From a virus (lineage: Duplodnaviria; Caudoviricetes), in IMG/VR virus record IMGVR_UViG_2929541355_000001, positions 28,287 to 92,286 of that record: a DNA stretch of 64,000 bases. One strand, given 5' to 3'. Position numbers and translations under genes: made by a program. Within the stretch, counting starts at the first letter, position 1. The number at the start of each line of letters is the position of its first letter. This document shows, one piece after another, positions 63,797 through 64,000 of the stretch. The notes under the pieces were generated by a model. The model was not told where the DNA came from. It saw only the letters and a list, made by a program, of their open reading frames with translations, and did not search any database.

Positions 63797-64000
63797 TGGC
63801 CACCCGATACGTCACCGGCTACCAAGCCCTCTGCGACCTCTGCGACGAGTACAGCGAAGAAGGCGCCGGCTGGGGCGACACCCCCGACGAAGCCACCATC
63901 AACCTCCTCGAATCCGACTCCTGGACCCAGGTCGGCGACCGCATCATCTGCGACCGCCTCGACCCTGCCCACACCGCAGCCCGCGGCGGCCCCAGCCCCC
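63796..64000 (+). CDS. Hypothetical protein (truncated by window edge)
   Basis: TGATG coupling; MATRYVTGYQALCDLC... Confidence 0.6.
   Translation, partial: MATRYVTGYQALCDLCDEYSEEGAGWGDTPDEATINLLESDSWTQVGDRIICDRLDPAHTAARGGPSP

Larger units (their letters stand above)
1..64000. mobile_element. Putative conjugative phage-plasmid (siphovirus structural module + TraB/Spd transfer + Rep/ParAB)
   Basis: Terminase-portal-capsid-tail-lysis synteny, FtsK-like TraB with spd-like genes, and ParA/ParB/Rep/DciA in one contiguous stretch; no host housekeeping genes seen; boundaries not visible. Confidence 0.85.

Noticed and set aside
1-64000. tRNA/rRNA genes
   Set aside because: No cloverleaf or rRNA-like sequence recognised by eye

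Overview
High-GC actinobacterial (most likely Streptomyces) mobile element that appears to be a conjugative phage-plasmid; it probably extends past both window edges. Left to right: an ABM-fold + XRE regulator pair divergent from a small-gene array and a Streptomyces-type transfer region (SpdB-like, TraA-like, TraB/FtsK, SpdD-like, stand-alone RapZ C-terminal domain; 0.6-10.7 kb); a complete siphovirus morphogenesis module (terminases, portal, scaffold, decoration protein, major capsid, tail genes with a -1 frameshifted chaperone, tape measure, Dit/Tal; 11.8-33.9 kb); papain-like protease, HNH endonuclease, lysis genes and a GDPD protein (34-41.1 kb); an 11.7 kb segment bounded by perfect 38-bp inverted repeats that holds a Cre-like tyrosine recombinase, a coupled recombinase paralogue lacking the catalytic Tyr, WYL, Sak/Rad52 and WhiB genes; then wHTH Rep, DciA-like protein, a motif-permuted ParA, ParB with parS-like palindromes, and more small genes. 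Best leads: the inverted-repeat/two-recombinase system (possible inversion switch for the replication operon), the permuted ParA, and several families of conserved intergenic motifs. Protein calls come from motif recognition and synteny only; no searches were run.
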